53,617 bases of DNA, from contig CAZFYA010000002.1 in NCBI GenBank assembly GCA_964523705.1, positions 113,114 through 166,730 on the forward strand, in the 5' to 3' direction. Under the pieces are notes generated by a model. It worked only from the letters and a program-made list of their open reading frames with translations, was not told where the DNA came from and searched no databases. Both the position numbers and the translations under genes were made by a program. Of the stretch, positions 1-10,180 are shown piece by piece. The stretch comes from an uncultured Gammaproteobacteria bacterium (lineage in GTDB: Bacteria > Patescibacteriota > Microgenomatia > Levybacterales > UBA12049). Each line of letters starts with the position of its first letter. Positions within the stretch are counted from its first letter, which is position 1.

Positions 1-555
1 GAATTTTTAGGAGATAGTGTTATTTCCTTTGTAATTTCAAAATATTTATACAAAAACTATCCTAATTTTGAAGAGGGGACACTCACAAACCTAAGATCGC
101 TTTTAGTAAACACTAAAAGCCTAGCTGGAATTGCAAGAGAGCTTAATTTTGGAAAATTTTTAAAACTATCAAGAGGAGAAGAGGACTCAAGAGGGAGAGA
201 AAGCCAAAGCTTACTGGCAAATTGCTATGAATCATTTGTTGGAGCGTTATTTTTAGATCAGGGAATTGATGAAGTTATTAAGTTTTTAAATAAAACCTTA
301 GTACCAAAAGCAGATGAATACGTAAAAACAAAAGCTTTTAAAGACCCAAAAAGCCTTCTTCAGGAAACCATACAGGCAAGAAAACAAAAATCTCCTGTTT
401 ATAAAGTAATAAAAGAAGAAGGACCTTCGCACGCTAAAACTTTTACAATCGGTGTATTTGTAAATAAGGAATTATTAGGAACAGGAAAAGGTAAATCAAA
501 ACAGGAAGCAGAGGAAAAAGCAGCTAAGATAGCGCTTGAGAGAATTAGGAAATAA
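1..555 (+). CDS. rnc: Ribonuclease III (5'-truncated by window)
   Basis: Frame 1 reads EFLGDSVIS...LLANCYESFVGALFLD...DPKSLLQE...GPSHAKTF...GKSKQEAEEKAA (RNase III signature plus dsRBD); stop TAA at 553-555. Not in the ORF track. Confidence 0.95.
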   Translation, partial: EFLGDSVISFVISKYLYKNYPNFEEGTLTNLRSLLVNTKSLAGIARELNFGKFLKLSRGEEDSRGRESQSLLANCYESFVGALFLDQGIDEVIKFLNKTLVPKADEYVKTKAFKDPKSLLQETIQARKQKSPVYKVIKEEGPSHAKTFTIGVFVNKELLGTGKGKSKQEAEEKAAKIALERIRK

Positions 556-564
556 TGTTAAAAT
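536..564 (+). promoter_or_regulatory. sigma70 promoter of rpsP (near-leaderless)
   Basis: TTGAGA-17bp-TAAAAT with extended TG, ending 8 nt before ATG 573. Confidence 0.6.
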
Positions 565-572
565 AATAAACT

Positions 573-800
573 ATGTCATTAACAATAAGACTAACCAGAA
601 CAGGAAAAAAAGGGGAGCGAAAATTTAGAATCGCAGTTAAAGAAAAAAGGTCAAGAAGAGACGGAAAAGCCGTTGAGCTTTTAGGTTTTTATGAAAAAGG
701 GAAAGGCGGAAAATTTGAGATTAACAAAGAGCGTTATAACTATTGGCTTTCAAAGGGAGCAATCCCCAGTGAAACCGTAGAAAAAATAATTAACAAATGA
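573..800 (+). CDS. rpsP: 30S ribosomal protein S16
   Basis: IRLTRTGKK...FRIAV...RRDGKAVELLGFY...YWLSKGAIPSETV. Confidence 0.97.
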   Translation: MSLTIRLTRTGKKGERKFRIAVKEKRSRRDGKAVELLGFYEKGKGGKFEINKERYNYWLSKGAIPSETVEKIINK

Positions 801-1039
801 AAGACGTTTTAAATTTTATTATTTCCTCAATTGTTGATAATCCTAAAAAAATAGAAATAAAAGAAGAGGAAAATGAAGGTGTTATAAATTACGAAGTTAC
901 TGTTGCTAAAGAAGATATGGGGAAAGTTATTGGAAAAAATGGAAAAATAATTAAAGCCATAAGAAATGTCTTAAGAATCCCGGCAGTAAAACAAAATAAA
1001 AAAATATATATATCGCTTTTAGAAAACCCCCAGGAATAA
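797..1039 (+). CDS. khpA: KH-domain RNA-binding protein KhpA
   Basis: DMGKVIGKNGKIIKAIR GxxG loop; typical position after rpsP. Confidence 0.9.
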   Translation: MKDVLNFIISSIVDNPKKIEIKEEENEGVINYEVTVAKEDMGKVIGKNGKIIKAIRNVLRIPAVKQNKKIYISLLENPQE

Positions 1040-1064
1040 ATCTGTTAAAATAAAAGTAGCTTTT

Positions 1065-1739
1065 ATGAAAATTACAATTACTAGCTTGTTCCCCGAAATG
1101 TTTGATGGTCCTTTTAGTCATTCAATTATAAAACGTGCAAAAGAAAAGGGGAAAATTAACATTGAATTTATAAATTTAAGAGATTTTGGACTGGGGAAAC
1201 ATAAGATAGTTGATGATACACCATATGGTGGGGGAGCAGGAATGATTTTAAGAGTAGATGTATTAGTAAATGCAATAAACCATGCAAAAGAAAAACGAAT
1301 AAAAGGCAAACAAAAAGTCATACTACTTAGTCCTCACGGTAAAACTTTTAATCAAAAAATGGCTAAGCGTTATTCAATGCTTGACCATTTAATTTTAGTT
1401 TGCGGACACTATGAAGATTTTGATGCAAGAATCAGAAATTTTATTGATGATGAAGTATCTATTGGAGACTATGTATTAACAGGCGGAGAGATACCGGCAA
1501 TGGTAATCACTGATTCTGTTGCAAGACTTGTTAAAGGAGTTTTAAAAGATGGTGTAACTGATAATGAATCATTTTCTACTTATTTAGAATTTTCTCAATT
1601 TACCAAGCCTGAAAATTATAAAAATATTAATGTTCCAAAAGTTTTACTTTCAGGAAATCATCAAAAAATTAATGCTTGGAGAAAAAATGAAGCTTTAAAA
1701 ATTACTAAAAAACTAAGGCCTGATTTAATTAAGAATTAA
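1065..1739 (+). CDS. trmD: tRNA (guanine37-N1)-methyltransferase
   Basis: LFPEMF, DDTPYGGGAGM, CGHYE, SIGDYVLTGGE, VLLSGNH. Confidence 0.97.
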   Translation: MKITITSLFPEMFDGPFSHSIIKRAKEKGKINIEFINLRDFGLGKHKIVDDTPYGGGAGMILRVDVLVNAINHAKEKRIKGKQKVILLSPHGKTFNQKMAKRYSMLDHLILVCGHYEDFDARIRNFIDDEVSIGDYVLTGGEIPAMVITDSVARLVKGVLKDGVTDNESFSTYLEFSQFTKPENYKNINVPKVLLSGNHQKINAWRKNEALKITKKLRPDLIKN

Positions 1740-2458
1740 AAGCTTGAAAAAACAGCACTGTCAGATGAACTCTTCTTAGTTGTAGTTGCCTCATCGACAA
1801 CACTTGAATTATTTAATTTTGATAAATCATCTATTGCCTTAAGAGTTGTTTGAGAAAGCGGACTTAAGGGCTGATCATCTCTTATTTTTACCGGAGGAAG
1901 CGCTTTATAGTAAAAAAGCGTCTTTAAAGTAGCGTTTCTACTGGTTAAATTTATTCCTACAATCTCCGATATTGGAAGAGTTTTTTCAAGTTCTTTAATA
2001 AAAGAAATTAAATTATTTAAATCACCGTTTACTGTTAGTGACAACTCTAAAGAGGGGACACCCTTAACATTAGTTGGCGCTTTATTGATATCTCCTACCT
2101 GAAATCCATAATCACCAAGTGTAACATTGGCTTTATTAGAAGCAACTGCAATCCCAGATAAGATTCCGATAAAGTCCTTATCAACGGGCAGGGCTTTTGA
2201 AGTAAGTTTAAGTTGCTTATCCAGTGTATTTGAGTCTAGATTGTATAGAAGATTTAAATTATTTTTTAGAATTTCAAGTTTTTTCTCCTCATCTTTTTGT
2301 TCATCCTGCAATTCAATAACGTTTTGTATTTGAGGAATAATTACAAAAATAAAAAGGATAATGCAGATTAAAATTATACCTATTGGTATAAGATAGTTTT
2401 TATAACGTGAGTAAAGAAGCATTAATGCTTCTTTATCTACATTTACTTTTTTGTTCAT
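1736..2458 (-). CDS. Type IV pilus alignment protein, PilO-like
   Basis: N-terminal TM helix, coiled coil, 'LTVNGDLNNLISFIKELEKTLPI'; follows pilM and pilN. Confidence 0.75.
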   Translation of the reverse strand: MNKKVNVDKEALMLLYSRYKNYLIPIGIILICIILFIFVIIPQIQNVIELQDEQKDEEKKLEILKNNLNLLYNLDSNTLDKQLKLTSKALPVDKDFIGILSGIAVASNKANVTLGDYGFQVGDINKAPTNVKGVPSLELSLTVNGDLNNLISFIKELEKTLPISEIVGINLTSRNATLKTLFYYKALPPVKIRDDQPLSPLSQTTLKAIDDLSKLNNSSVVDEATTTKKSSSDSAVFSSF

Positions 2459-2991
2459 AATAATCTTGCGCTAAAGACTAAATTATAACGATTGTCTCTC
2501 GTATTTAAGGATAGACTATCAATCATTAAACTCTCAATTGTATTTTTTGCCTCAGCTAAGGCTATCATTCTGTCTATTAAAATTTTGACATCATAAAGAG
2601 AGGAAGAGGCAAGTCTCATGTTTACCTCTTCGGTTGTAATATCAATACCATTAACTTTAATGTTGCTTGGTAATTGCTTAGACAATGTAGTAATAATATC
2701 TTGGTATTTTTTCTTATTTTTATTAATTTCAGAAATTGAATTTACCCTATTATTTATTGACATGAGTTTTGCTGATTTTTCCTGTAGATAAGACATATTT
2801 TTAATAGCTGATTCCTGGTCTTTTTTGATTGTTGAGAGTTTTAACTGACTATAAAGAATAATTAAAACTACTACAGTTAAAGCAGTTGCGCCCAAAACAC
2901 TAAAGGCAATAATTTTTAATATTTTTATTCTTTTTTTCTCTTTAAGATTAATATCTTCTTTTTTTGCAAGAAGATTAATATTGCTATTCAT
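2455..2991 (-). CDS. Type IV pilus alignment protein, PilN-like
   Basis: INLL motif at N-terminus, TM helix, coiled coil; follows pilM. Confidence 0.8.
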   Translation of the reverse strand: MNSNINLLAKKEDINLKEKKRIKILKIIAFSVLGATALTVVVLIILYSQLKLSTIKKDQESAIKNMSYLQEKSAKLMSINNRVNSISEINKNKKKYQDIITTLSKQLPSNIKVNGIDITTEEVNMRLASSSLYDVKILIDRMIALAEAKNTIESLMIDSLSLNTRDNRYNLVFSARLL

Positions 2992-4018
2992 AATCTTTCA
3001 TTGCCAAACCAACTGATATTGCGTAATCTGAAGCATTATCCAATACTTCTTTAGGAACAGACTGAGGAGATAATACTTTCCATGGATTTGCAATTGCTGT
3101 TTCTATTCCAGAGTTTTGTGCAAAATATAAATCAATACCGGGCAGTTTTGCTGTTCCTCCTGATAAAAGAATTTGTTTTATTGAATCTATTCCACCGTAC
3201 TTTTGATTATAAAAAGCAATTGCTTTTTTTACTTCAGTTAAAACAGAGGAGAGAATCGGCTCAGTTGCTTTACCGATTTTCCCACCAAGTGTTTGATCAT
3301 TAATGCCATATGCCTTTTTATATTCTTCTGCCTGTTCAGGGGTAAGGGCCAAATCAGTTGCAATTGCCCTATTTATTGCAACTCCGCCAACAGCCATTGT
3401 ATAACTAAAAATCATAACTCCTGCTTTAACTATAGCAATTGAGGTTGTAATTGCACCGATACTTATTATCATGGTTGAGGGAAAAGATTCTCCTGACACC
3501 AAAGATCTTATGGTAGATAATATTTCTGTTTCCATGGCATTAATGGTAAGATTGGCCATTCCCAGTATTTTTTGGTATTTTGCTATCAAAACCGTTGGAG
3601 CTCCAACCATTAAAACCTGCATTTTTTCATTCACACTTGACTTTTCAGGTTTTTTTAAAATACTCCAGGCAAGAGTAACACTTGACAGGGGAACAGGAAT
3701 ATTTCTTTCTGCCTCCCAATAAATAGCAGACGCTAATTCACGTTCAGATAAAAGCGGCATCTCTAAAACCCTGGTATAAACCTGGTTTTCTGCTAAGGCT
3801 ACGTTAACGCTTTTTTCCTCAATTTCTGCCTCCTCTAGGGCTTTTTGGATTGTTTTTGCCATTTCTTCCTGATCCAGTGGAGACTCAGACATAATTCCCC
3901 TTGGCGGAGCAGGAATGGTAAAAGCTGACTTTAAAAGATAACCATTATTTTGCTTATCAAGAGAAACCAGTTTTATAGTTGTTGCGCCAATATCTAAGCC
4001 AAAGGATTTTTTATTCAT
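2984..4018 (-). CDS. pilM: Type IV pilus assembly protein PilM
   Basis: GLDIGATTIK, ILLSGGTAKLPG, ANPW, SVGLA (actin/FtsA-like fold). Confidence 0.93.
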   Translation of the reverse strand: MNKKSFGLDIGATTIKLVSLDKQNNGYLLKSAFTIPAPPRGIMSESPLDQEEMAKTIQKALEEAEIEEKSVNVALAENQVYTRVLEMPLLSERELASAIYWEAERNIPVPLSSVTLAWSILKKPEKSSVNEKMQVLMVGAPTVLIAKYQKILGMANLTINAMETEILSTIRSLVSGESFPSTMIISIGAITTSIAIVKAGVMIFSYTMAVGGVAINRAIATDLALTPEQAEEYKKAYGINDQTLGGKIGKATEPILSSVLTEVKKAIAFYNQKYGGIDSIKQILLSGGTAKLPGIDLYFAQNSGIETAIANPWKVLSPQSVPKEVLDNASDYAISVGLAMKDYE

Positions 4019-4022
4019 CTGT

Positions 4023-4880
4023 TTATAAATTATGGTAGAAAAAATTATTCGGAAAATATTCTGCGGGCAGTGAAGGATAACCTTGAAAAACAGTTACTTT
4101 TCTTTCTGTTGTTCCTGATTTACCAGTTGAGCTGATTACAGATCCTTGAGAGGGAAGAGAAGAGCCTGAAACTACAGTTACAGCAATAGGCGCATTTGCG
4201 TAAAGTGGAATAATTCTTGCCAGCATACTTTGATTAATTTGAATATTTGTTTTTCCATGAGAAAATGTTTTATTGGAAATTGTTGTACCTGCCTCAGCTA
4301 CATCAAAATTATTTGATGCTCTTCTGTCATCACAGGGATCATAAACATATCTTCTTATAAGAGGGGAGTCTTTAGTCCCTTCAATAACAACTATTTCTAT
4401 TGCTGCCATTGTGTTTGTTAATTGACTTTGACTACAAGTATCTCCAGTCTCGCCCCAATAAACAGAAATTATCCCGGTCCAGTTAGTTAAATAATTAGGT
4501 GTTCCATCTTCATTATGCTCAACAAACCATAAATCTATGCCCTCATCCTTTTTAACCATATTTCCTCCGTTTAAAACCATTAATCTTCCGGATAAACTGG
4601 CCACAGTTGTAAGGTAAGTTGACTCTGTTCCTTCTCCAAGCTCAAACGACCCTTCAAATGAACCTGTTGTAGTTAATTTTTGAAGTGCTCTTTCAATACC
4701 TGCTTCTGCTGCAGAAAGTGCTTTTTGTGAGCTGGCCTCTTCTGTACTTGTTTTAATACTGGTAATACTTCTTGAGGCTACTGATAAACCAACAGTTAAA
4801 GCAATAACTATTGCCAATACGACAATAAGCATTGTCTGTCCTTTTTGACTCCTAAGGATAAGTTTTAAACAGTTCTGCAT
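4023..4880 (-). CDS. PilX-like minor pilin
   Basis: QKGQ|TMLIVVL class III-like signal without Glu5; ALSAAEAGIE motif. Confidence 0.8.
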   Translation of the reverse strand: MQNCLKLILRSQKGQTMLIVVLAIVIALTVGLSVASRSITSIKTSTEEASSQKALSAAEAGIERALQKLTTTGSFEGSFELGEGTESTYLTTVASLSGRLMVLNGGNMVKKDEGIDLWFVEHNEDGTPNYLTNWTGIISVYWGETGDTCSQSQLTNTMAAIEIVVIEGTKDSPLIRRYVYDPCDDRRASNNFDVAEAGTTISNKTFSHGKTNIQINQSMLARIIPLYANAPIAVTVVSGSSLPSQGSVISSTGKSGTTERKVTVFQGYPSLPAEYFPNNFFYHNL

Positions 4881-4970
4881 TAAATTATAAATATTATATT
4901 ACTATTATTACTATTAATAGAGTATCAACCAATAATACCCACTGTCAAGCCTAGCTAGAAGAAGTTTTAA

Positions 4971-5564
4971 TTATAAATTCCTCATTGTTATTGAAGTCTC
5001 AAACGGTATTGTTGCTTTTTTTTCAAAAAAACTATTTTCATCTTTTTCGCTTAAGGTAAAGTTAATTTTAATTGTCGGAGGAGAAGCAGCACTTTGCTGT
5101 GAACAAGTAAATGTACAATTTTCAGCCCTAACCACATCTGTATTTACAAGTGAAGCTCCGTTTGAAGCAATAATTTCTTCTGAATCTAAATCACAGGAAA
5201 AAATAATCTGACCACCGTCAAAACTGGTTATTTTTAAATAATGATATTCAATAAGCTCTGGTGTTGGTGTACCTGCTCCAACCGGTGAGGTATAACAATC
5301 CTGATATGATTCATCACTTCCATCAATACTTATTCCATCAAAGCTCTTTGCATAACTAATCATTCTTGACATTTGAAGTAAAGCGTAATTTCCGTTCTGT
5401 CTAACTTCATTCGTAACATTTGCCTTATTTGAACCCCTTAAAGAAGATGCAAAAATTGCTGAAATTATTCCGCCAATTATTGCAAAAATAACAATTACAG
5501 CCAACATTTCAACTAGGGTATAACCATTTGAATTTTTAATTAATTTATTAATTATTTTCTTCAT
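4971..5564 (-). CDS. Minor pilin (PilW/PulJ-like)
   Basis: NG|YTLVEMLAVIVI prepilin motif. Confidence 0.85.
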   Translation of the reverse strand: MKKIINKLIKNSNGYTLVEMLAVIVIFAIIGGIISAIFASSLRGSNKANVTNEVRQNGNYALLQMSRMISYAKSFDGISIDGSDESYQDCYTSPVGAGTPTPELIEYHYLKITSFDGGQIIFSCDLDSEEIIASNGASLVNTDVVRAENCTFTCSQQSAASPPTIKINFTLSEKDENSFFEKKATIPFETSITMRNL

Positions 5565-6043
5565 GGTGTTGGTAATAAATTAATATTTTGCATACATGAA
5601 TCAAGTCTTACTTCATGACAAAAAGCTCCTTCTGATTGGCATTTACCATCATTCCATAAAACAACTACCACAACCTTGCTTCCTTTATCAGGGCTATTAA
5701 CAATTACGCAATCATCGCTTTCATGATAGATTTCAACTTCTCTTTTAAAATTATTTATTCGACTACCATCACAGGTCGTTGATTCTATTTCATAAAGCAA
5801 TTGGTCTTCAGTTAAGCAATATTTTTCATTGTCGTAGGATATAAAATTATTCCAGTCAGAACGAGCAAGTTGCCTTAAAAACTCCATTCCCTGTCTGGCA
5901 TAATGATTAGCTAAATTTTGACTTTTTGAGAACTGGGAATTAGCAATTGCGATAACAACAGAAGCAACAATTGCAGTCATTACTACAACTGCCACGCTTA
6001 AAGCAACCATAACCTCAATTAAGCTTTGTCCTTTATCATTCAT
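5561..6043 (-). CDS. Minor pilin (PilV-like)
   Basis: KG|QSLIEVMVAL; ANHYARQGMEFLR; 6 Cys. Confidence 0.82.
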   Translation of the reverse strand: MNDKGQSLIEVMVALSVAVVVMTAIVASVVIAIANSQFSKSQNLANHYARQGMEFLRQLARSDWNNFISYDNEKYCLTEDQLLYEIESTTCDGSRINNFKREVEIYHESDDCVIVNSPDKGSKVVVVVLWNDGKCQSEGAFCHEVRLDSCMQNINLLPTP

Positions 6044-6543
6044 TTTATTCTCCCGTCAGAATATATCCTTATTATCTTATATCTTCCATCAGAGCCTAAA
6101 AGTCTTATTTCCCAGGGAGAAAGAGATGAGGTATCTGCATTAATACCACCGGTTAATATCGGAAATTCAAAAAAGCTTGAGGTGGTTTCACTACTGCTAA
6201 AGCTAACGTCTTTTGGTAAATCTGTAGTTGATATTTCGTATTGGCTCTCGCAATATACGTAAAAAGTATAATTACTATTAGTGGTATCCAAATCAATTCT
6301 GTATTTTTGCAAAACCTTATCCTGGCATTCTCTTGGCTTATATTGTGACACCGAGTATGATTTTGCTTGATTAAGGGTAGTTAGTAAATTCTGGTACGCA
6401 GATTCTAAAGACTGGGCTCTTGAATATCTAACGGATGCAGCAACCCCAATTGAGGAAAGTACAGTAATTACTGCAAAGACAATAATTATTTCAATTATTG
6501 TAAAACCAGAGTTTTTTTTAAAGAGGTTTTTTTTCAATATCAT
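6040..6543 (-). CDS. Minor pilin (FimT/GspH-like)
   Basis: SG|FTIIEIIIV; 'LNQAKSYSVS'; C-terminal 'IYSDGRI'. Confidence 0.85.
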   Translation of the reverse strand: MILKKNLFKKNSGFTIIEIIIVFAVITVLSSIGVAASVRYSRAQSLESAYQNLLTTLNQAKSYSVSQYKPRECQDKVLQKYRIDLDTTNSNYTFYVYCESQYEISTTDLPKDVSFSSSETTSSFFEFPILTGGINADTSSLSPWEIRLLGSDGRYKIIRIYSDGRIK

Positions 6544-7055
6544 GGATTTTTAACTAGGTAGAAAAAACCTGATGAGCAATCAGAAGGAGAACAATCAACC
6601 ATATCGGTTGGCAAATCATCTGATAATGTTCCCTGGGAATCATTGCTGTTTTCAAGACATGATAAAATGTAATACCTTGCTCCGCTTGTTCCTAAATCAT
6701 CATAGCAATAATCACCGCTGTTATATGATTGATCATCTCCCATTGGGTCTTTCGGAATTTCCTGCATATACACTGTATTATTGCAATCTTCATCTTCTAA
6801 GTCTTCATCCAAGCAGACTCCTGATGGTAAAATTACACTTAGTTCAGAGTAAGGGTATGTCCCAATATCTGCTCTGTAAAGCTCTAGAGCAGCCTGCATT
6901 TGCCTTAAATCAGCTTTTCTTTGAGCATCTCTTGCTCTTTGCCTAACGCCTATAAAATTAGCCATTAAAAGGGAAGCTAAAACCCCAATTATTGAAATTA
7001 CTATTAATAATTCTATTAAAGTAAACCCATTTTTTTTAAGAAATATTTTTTTCAT
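6540..7055 (-). CDS. Type IV pilin (GspG/PilE-like)
   Basis: NG|FTLIELLIVISIIGVL; ARDAQRKADL...ALELY...YP; IPKDP. Confidence 0.9.
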   Translation of the reverse strand: MKKIFLKKNGFTLIELLIVISIIGVLASLLMANFIGVRQRARDAQRKADLRQMQAALELYRADIGTYPYSELSVILPSGVCLDEDLEDEDCNNTVYMQEIPKDPMGDDQSYNSGDYCYDDLGTSGARYYILSCLENSNDSQGTLSDDLPTDMVDCSPSDCSSGFFYLVKNP

Positions 7056-7591
7056 GGATTAACATTTGGACTTGATACCCCGTAATTACAACCGTCTTGC
7101 CCGCAAGCTGTTGAAACTCCAAAGCTTACTGCGCTTTGACACGGACTGCCATCACTATTACAAACTTGCGGATCTTTTTCCCCTCTACTTAGGTTAGCAT
7201 ATAAATAATATGCCTGTCCACCAACGTCCTCATCAACGTAATAAATATAAAAAGTAGAATCCGGAGAACTTGGTAAAACGTTCATATACGGCTGCCAGGA
7301 ATCACCCCAATGAATTGCTTCTCCCACGTCACTTACGCTTTCTATATAATAAACACCTGACTCATTAACCATTCCAGGATACCTACCATGGTCCTCATAA
7401 TACCCTTCAAGTGCTTTTTGTATTTGATTAAGATCGGATTTTTTCCTGGCATCCTGGGATTTTTCAAATTGTGTTGTTGGATCAAGTGCAGTTATCCCAA
7501 TTATTGAAAGAATTGAAATTACCCCAATTACTGTTATAAGCTCAACTAGAGTAAAGCCTGAAGTGCTTTTTGCCAAATTATTTCTCCCCAT
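7052..7591 (-). CDS. Type IV pilin (GspG-like); start probably ATG 7591, overlapping the pilD 3' end
   Basis: MGRNNLAKSTSG|FTLVELITVIG; SQDARKKSDL...ALEGYYEDHGRYP. Confidence 0.85.
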   Translation of the reverse strand: MGRNNLAKSTSGFTLVELITVIGVISILSIIGITALDPTTQFEKSQDARKKSDLNQIQKALEGYYEDHGRYPGMVNESGVYYIESVSDVGEAIHWGDSWQPYMNVLPSSPDSTFYIYYVDEDVGGQAYYLYANLSRGEKDPQVCNSDGSPCQSAVSFGVSTACGQDGCNYGVSSPNVNP

Positions 7592-8328
7592 AAAAAGCTT
7601 ATGTAAGTGGCTAAAGCTAAAAAAGGACCAAAGGGTATGGTTTTTTTTAAAAAATGCTTTCCTCTGCATAAAATTAGTATGATTGAGACAGCTGCTCCTG
7701 TCAAGAAAGCGATATAAAAGGAAACAACAATACTTGGAAAAGAAAGTAAAAGCCCCATTAGAAAAGCAAATTTTACATCACCAAAGCCCATACCTTTCCC
7801 CTTGGTTATTAAAAATATAAATAAAAGAAATAAAAATGCACCAATAGCTGATAAGAAATGGTTCAAAAACAAGGTAGGGGAGTACGCTAAGATATATAGT
7901 AAAGTTATTAAAATCCCTGTTAGAACAATTCTATTTGGAATAATTCCGTATTTTAAATCAGAGAAAAAAACTAAAATTAAAATAGAGGATATAAAAAGAT
8001 AGAAAAATAAAGTTATTGGATCTAAATAAGTAAACTTATTTATTAAGTAATAGGCAGTAATAAAGTATATTATTCCTGTTGTAAGCTCATAAACTGGATA
8101 ATACAAAGATATTTTTTTTCGACAAAACCTGCATTTTCCAGAAAACAACACAAACGAGACAAGGGGAATTAAATCAACAACTCCAAGCTTTTTCTTGCAG
8201 TGTTCACAATAAGATCTTCCTTTTAAAATTGTTTTTTTTAAGAAAACCCTGTCAACAACTACACCTAAAAATGAACCAATAAAAAAACCCGCTATCATTA
8301 AAATTGCGGGTGAAAATTTTTCTAACAC
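7546..8328 (-). CDS. pilD: Prepilin peptidase / N-methyltransferase
   Basis: GSFLGV, RSYCEHC, DLIPLVSF, GKCRFC, GMGFGDVK, IPFGPFL; GTG start. Confidence 0.95.
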   Translation of the reverse strand: MLEKFSPAILMIAGFFIGSFLGVVVDRVFLKKTILKGRSYCEHCKKKLGVVDLIPLVSFVLFSGKCRFCRKKISLYYPVYELTTGIIYFITAYYLINKFTYLDPITLFFYLFISSILILVFFSDLKYGIIPNRIVLTGILITLLYILAYSPTLFLNHFLSAIGAFLFLLFIFLITKGKGMGFGDVKFAFLMGLLLSFPSIVVSFYIAFLTGAAVSIILILCRGKHFLKKTIPFGPFLALATYISFLWGEIIWQKALQALL

Positions 8329-8332
8329 TTAT

Positions 8333-8911
8333 TTATTGTGTACACCAGTAACATGTTCCATCCTCTGCTGTTGCATCCGGACATGTATCTCCTACTGTAT
8401 CTTCTTTTCCTGTAGCTAACCATTTTGTTTCAGGTGATGATTTTTGTGATTTTGATGTTGGAGCAAAACAAACCATTATATTGTTTGCATCAGTACTGTC
8501 CCAAAAAACTATTACATCTTCTAAGTCATTTTCATTGGAGGTAAATGAGGATTTTAGCTCTCCTTCTCCGATTAAAGTATGACCGGTATTTGCATCGCCT
8601 AGGCAATCCTCCATATCAGCTAGCGTTGCTCCTTCTATATCAGCACTGCCTAAATCAGTACAATTTGTTACGCTACTGTCCTCATCATTCCATGGAAATG
8701 AATTATGAGTTGTAAAGTATCTGACGTTTGCAGTATTAAACTCAACCGCCATGTTCTTTAATTTTGAATCGGTTGCTTTTTTTAACTGTTCAAAAGGGTC
8801 AATTGTTGCAACTAAGGCTGCTGCTAAAATTCCTAAAATTCCAATGACGACTAAAAGCTCTATGAGGGTAAATCCTTTAGTGTTCTTAAACGTGGACAGA
8901 ATCTTTTTCAT
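8333..8911 (-). CDS. Type IV pilin, probable major pilin (start probably ATG 8911)
   Basis: KG|FTLIELLVVIGILGILAA; acidic Cys-containing C-terminal domain; has its own upstream promoter. Confidence 0.85.
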   Translation of the reverse strand: MKKILSTFKNTKGFTLIELLVVIGILGILAAALVATIDPFEQLKKATDSKLKNMAVEFNTANVRYFTTHNSFPWNDEDSSVTNCTDLGSADIEGATLADMEDCLGDANTGHTLIGEGELKSSFTSNENDLEDVIVFWDSTDANNIMVCFAPTSKSQKSSPETKWLATGKEDTVGDTCPDATAEDGTCYWCTQ

Positions 8912-8921
8912 GTATATATTA

Positions 8922-8951
8922 AGTTTAAACATACTCAAAAATACTTGTCAA
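8922..8951 (-). promoter_or_regulatory. Internal sigma70 promoter for the pilin genes
   Basis: Minus strand TTGACA-18bp-TAAACT, 10 nt before ATG 8911. Confidence 0.55.
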
Positions 8952-8974
8952 GGGGGCAAATTAAAATCCCTTTT

Positions 8975-10180
8975 TTATTGAATGCTTGAGATAAGGCTGT
9001 AAATTGGTGTTATAACAGACATTATCAAAAATGCTACTCCAACTCCTAAAACAATCATTATAAACGGTTCCATGGCGGTCGTTAAAGTTTTAACGCTTTG
9101 AGTTACTTCTCCCTCAAAATACTCTGATGCCTTAACCAATGTTTCATCCACTTTTCCTGTCTGCTCACCGATTTTGACAAGTTGTACAAGCATGGGCGGA
9201 AACAGGGGATAATAAGCCATTGCATCACCGATTGAAACTCCTTTTTCAACTTGCTTGGCAACGTCTTTTATGGCATTTTTATAATAAATGTTTCCTGCAG
9301 TATCGGCAGTTTCAACCAATGCCTCAACAACTAAAGTACCAGTTCCAACCAAAAGACCAAAGGTTCTTGAAAATTCAGCTAAAGTAGTTTGCTTTATTAA
9401 CTTTCCAAAAATTGGCATTTTTAACTTAAAATTATCAACAATTAATCGTCCGTCTTCAGTTTTACTCCATCTTTTATAAAGAAAAAATAACAAAACACCA
9501 ATTCCTAAAACAATTGGCCAAAACTTTATTGTAATATCTGAAATTGTCATAACAATTTGGGTTGGCAAGGGAAGCTCAACATCTAAGTTTTTATAAAGTG
9601 TTGTAAGCTGGGGAATTACAAAAATCATCATTACAACAACAACTACTACCATTAAAACAACAACAATAATAGGATACATTAAAGCTCCTTTAATGGTTGA
9701 CTTTAGTTTTTGCTGTTTTTCCATATTATCGGCAATTCTAACTAAGACTTTATCTAAGAGTCCTGATTTTTCTCCTGCTTTAATAAGTGACACATAAATA
9801 TCTGAAAAAACATCAGGATGTTTTGAAATTGCCGCTGAAAATGATTTTCCGTTTTCAACATCATTTACAATCTGCTCAACTACTTCCATCATTGCCGGAT
9901 TTTGAATCTGGTCTTTAAAAATCTCAAGCGATCTTAAAAGCGTTAAGCCTGAAGTAAGCATTGAAGACAATTGTCTTGTGAAAATTACTACATCATCTGT
10001 TTTTACCTTATGAAGTGTTGCTGAAAGTTTTGCCATGGAACCTCCTTTTTCTTCAGCTACGGTTATTGGCGTTAATTCTTTTGCACGAAGATATTTAGCA
10101 ACTTCACCAGAATCTTTAGCATCTATTAGTCCTTGGACAATTTTGCTATTTTTAGTTACTGCTTTATAGTGAAATTTCAT
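8975..10180 (-). CDS. pilC: Type IV pilus platform protein PilC (GspF family)
   Basis: FTRQLSSMLTSG, AGEKSG, ALMYP, LPLPT, IGEQTG, EP motif. Confidence 0.95.
   Translation of the reverse strand: MKFHYKAVTKNSKIVQGLIDAKDSGEVAKYLRAKELTPITVAEEKGGSMAKLSATLHKVKTDDVVIFTRQLSSMLTSGLTLLRSLEIFKDQIQNPAMMEVVEQIVNDVENGKSFSAAISKHPDVFSDIYVSLIKAGEKSGLLDKVLVRIADNMEKQQKLKSTIKGALMYPIIVVVLMVVVVVVMMIFVIPQLTTLYKNLDVELPLPTQIVMTISDITIKFWPIVLGIGVLLFFLYKRWSKTEDGRLIVDNFKLKMPIFGKLIKQTTLAEFSRTFGLLVGTGTLVVEALVETADTAGNIYYKNAIKDVAKQVEKGVSIGDAMAYYPLFPPMLVQLVKIGEQTGKVDETLVKASEYFEGEVTQSVKTLTTAMEPFIMIVLGVGVAFLIMSVITPIYSLISSIQ

Noticed and set aside
7592-7669. N-terminal extension of the pilin ORF (likewise upstream starts for gyrB, hisS and the pilin at 8938)
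   Set aside because: Downstream ATGs give normal leader lengths and fit the promoter positions.
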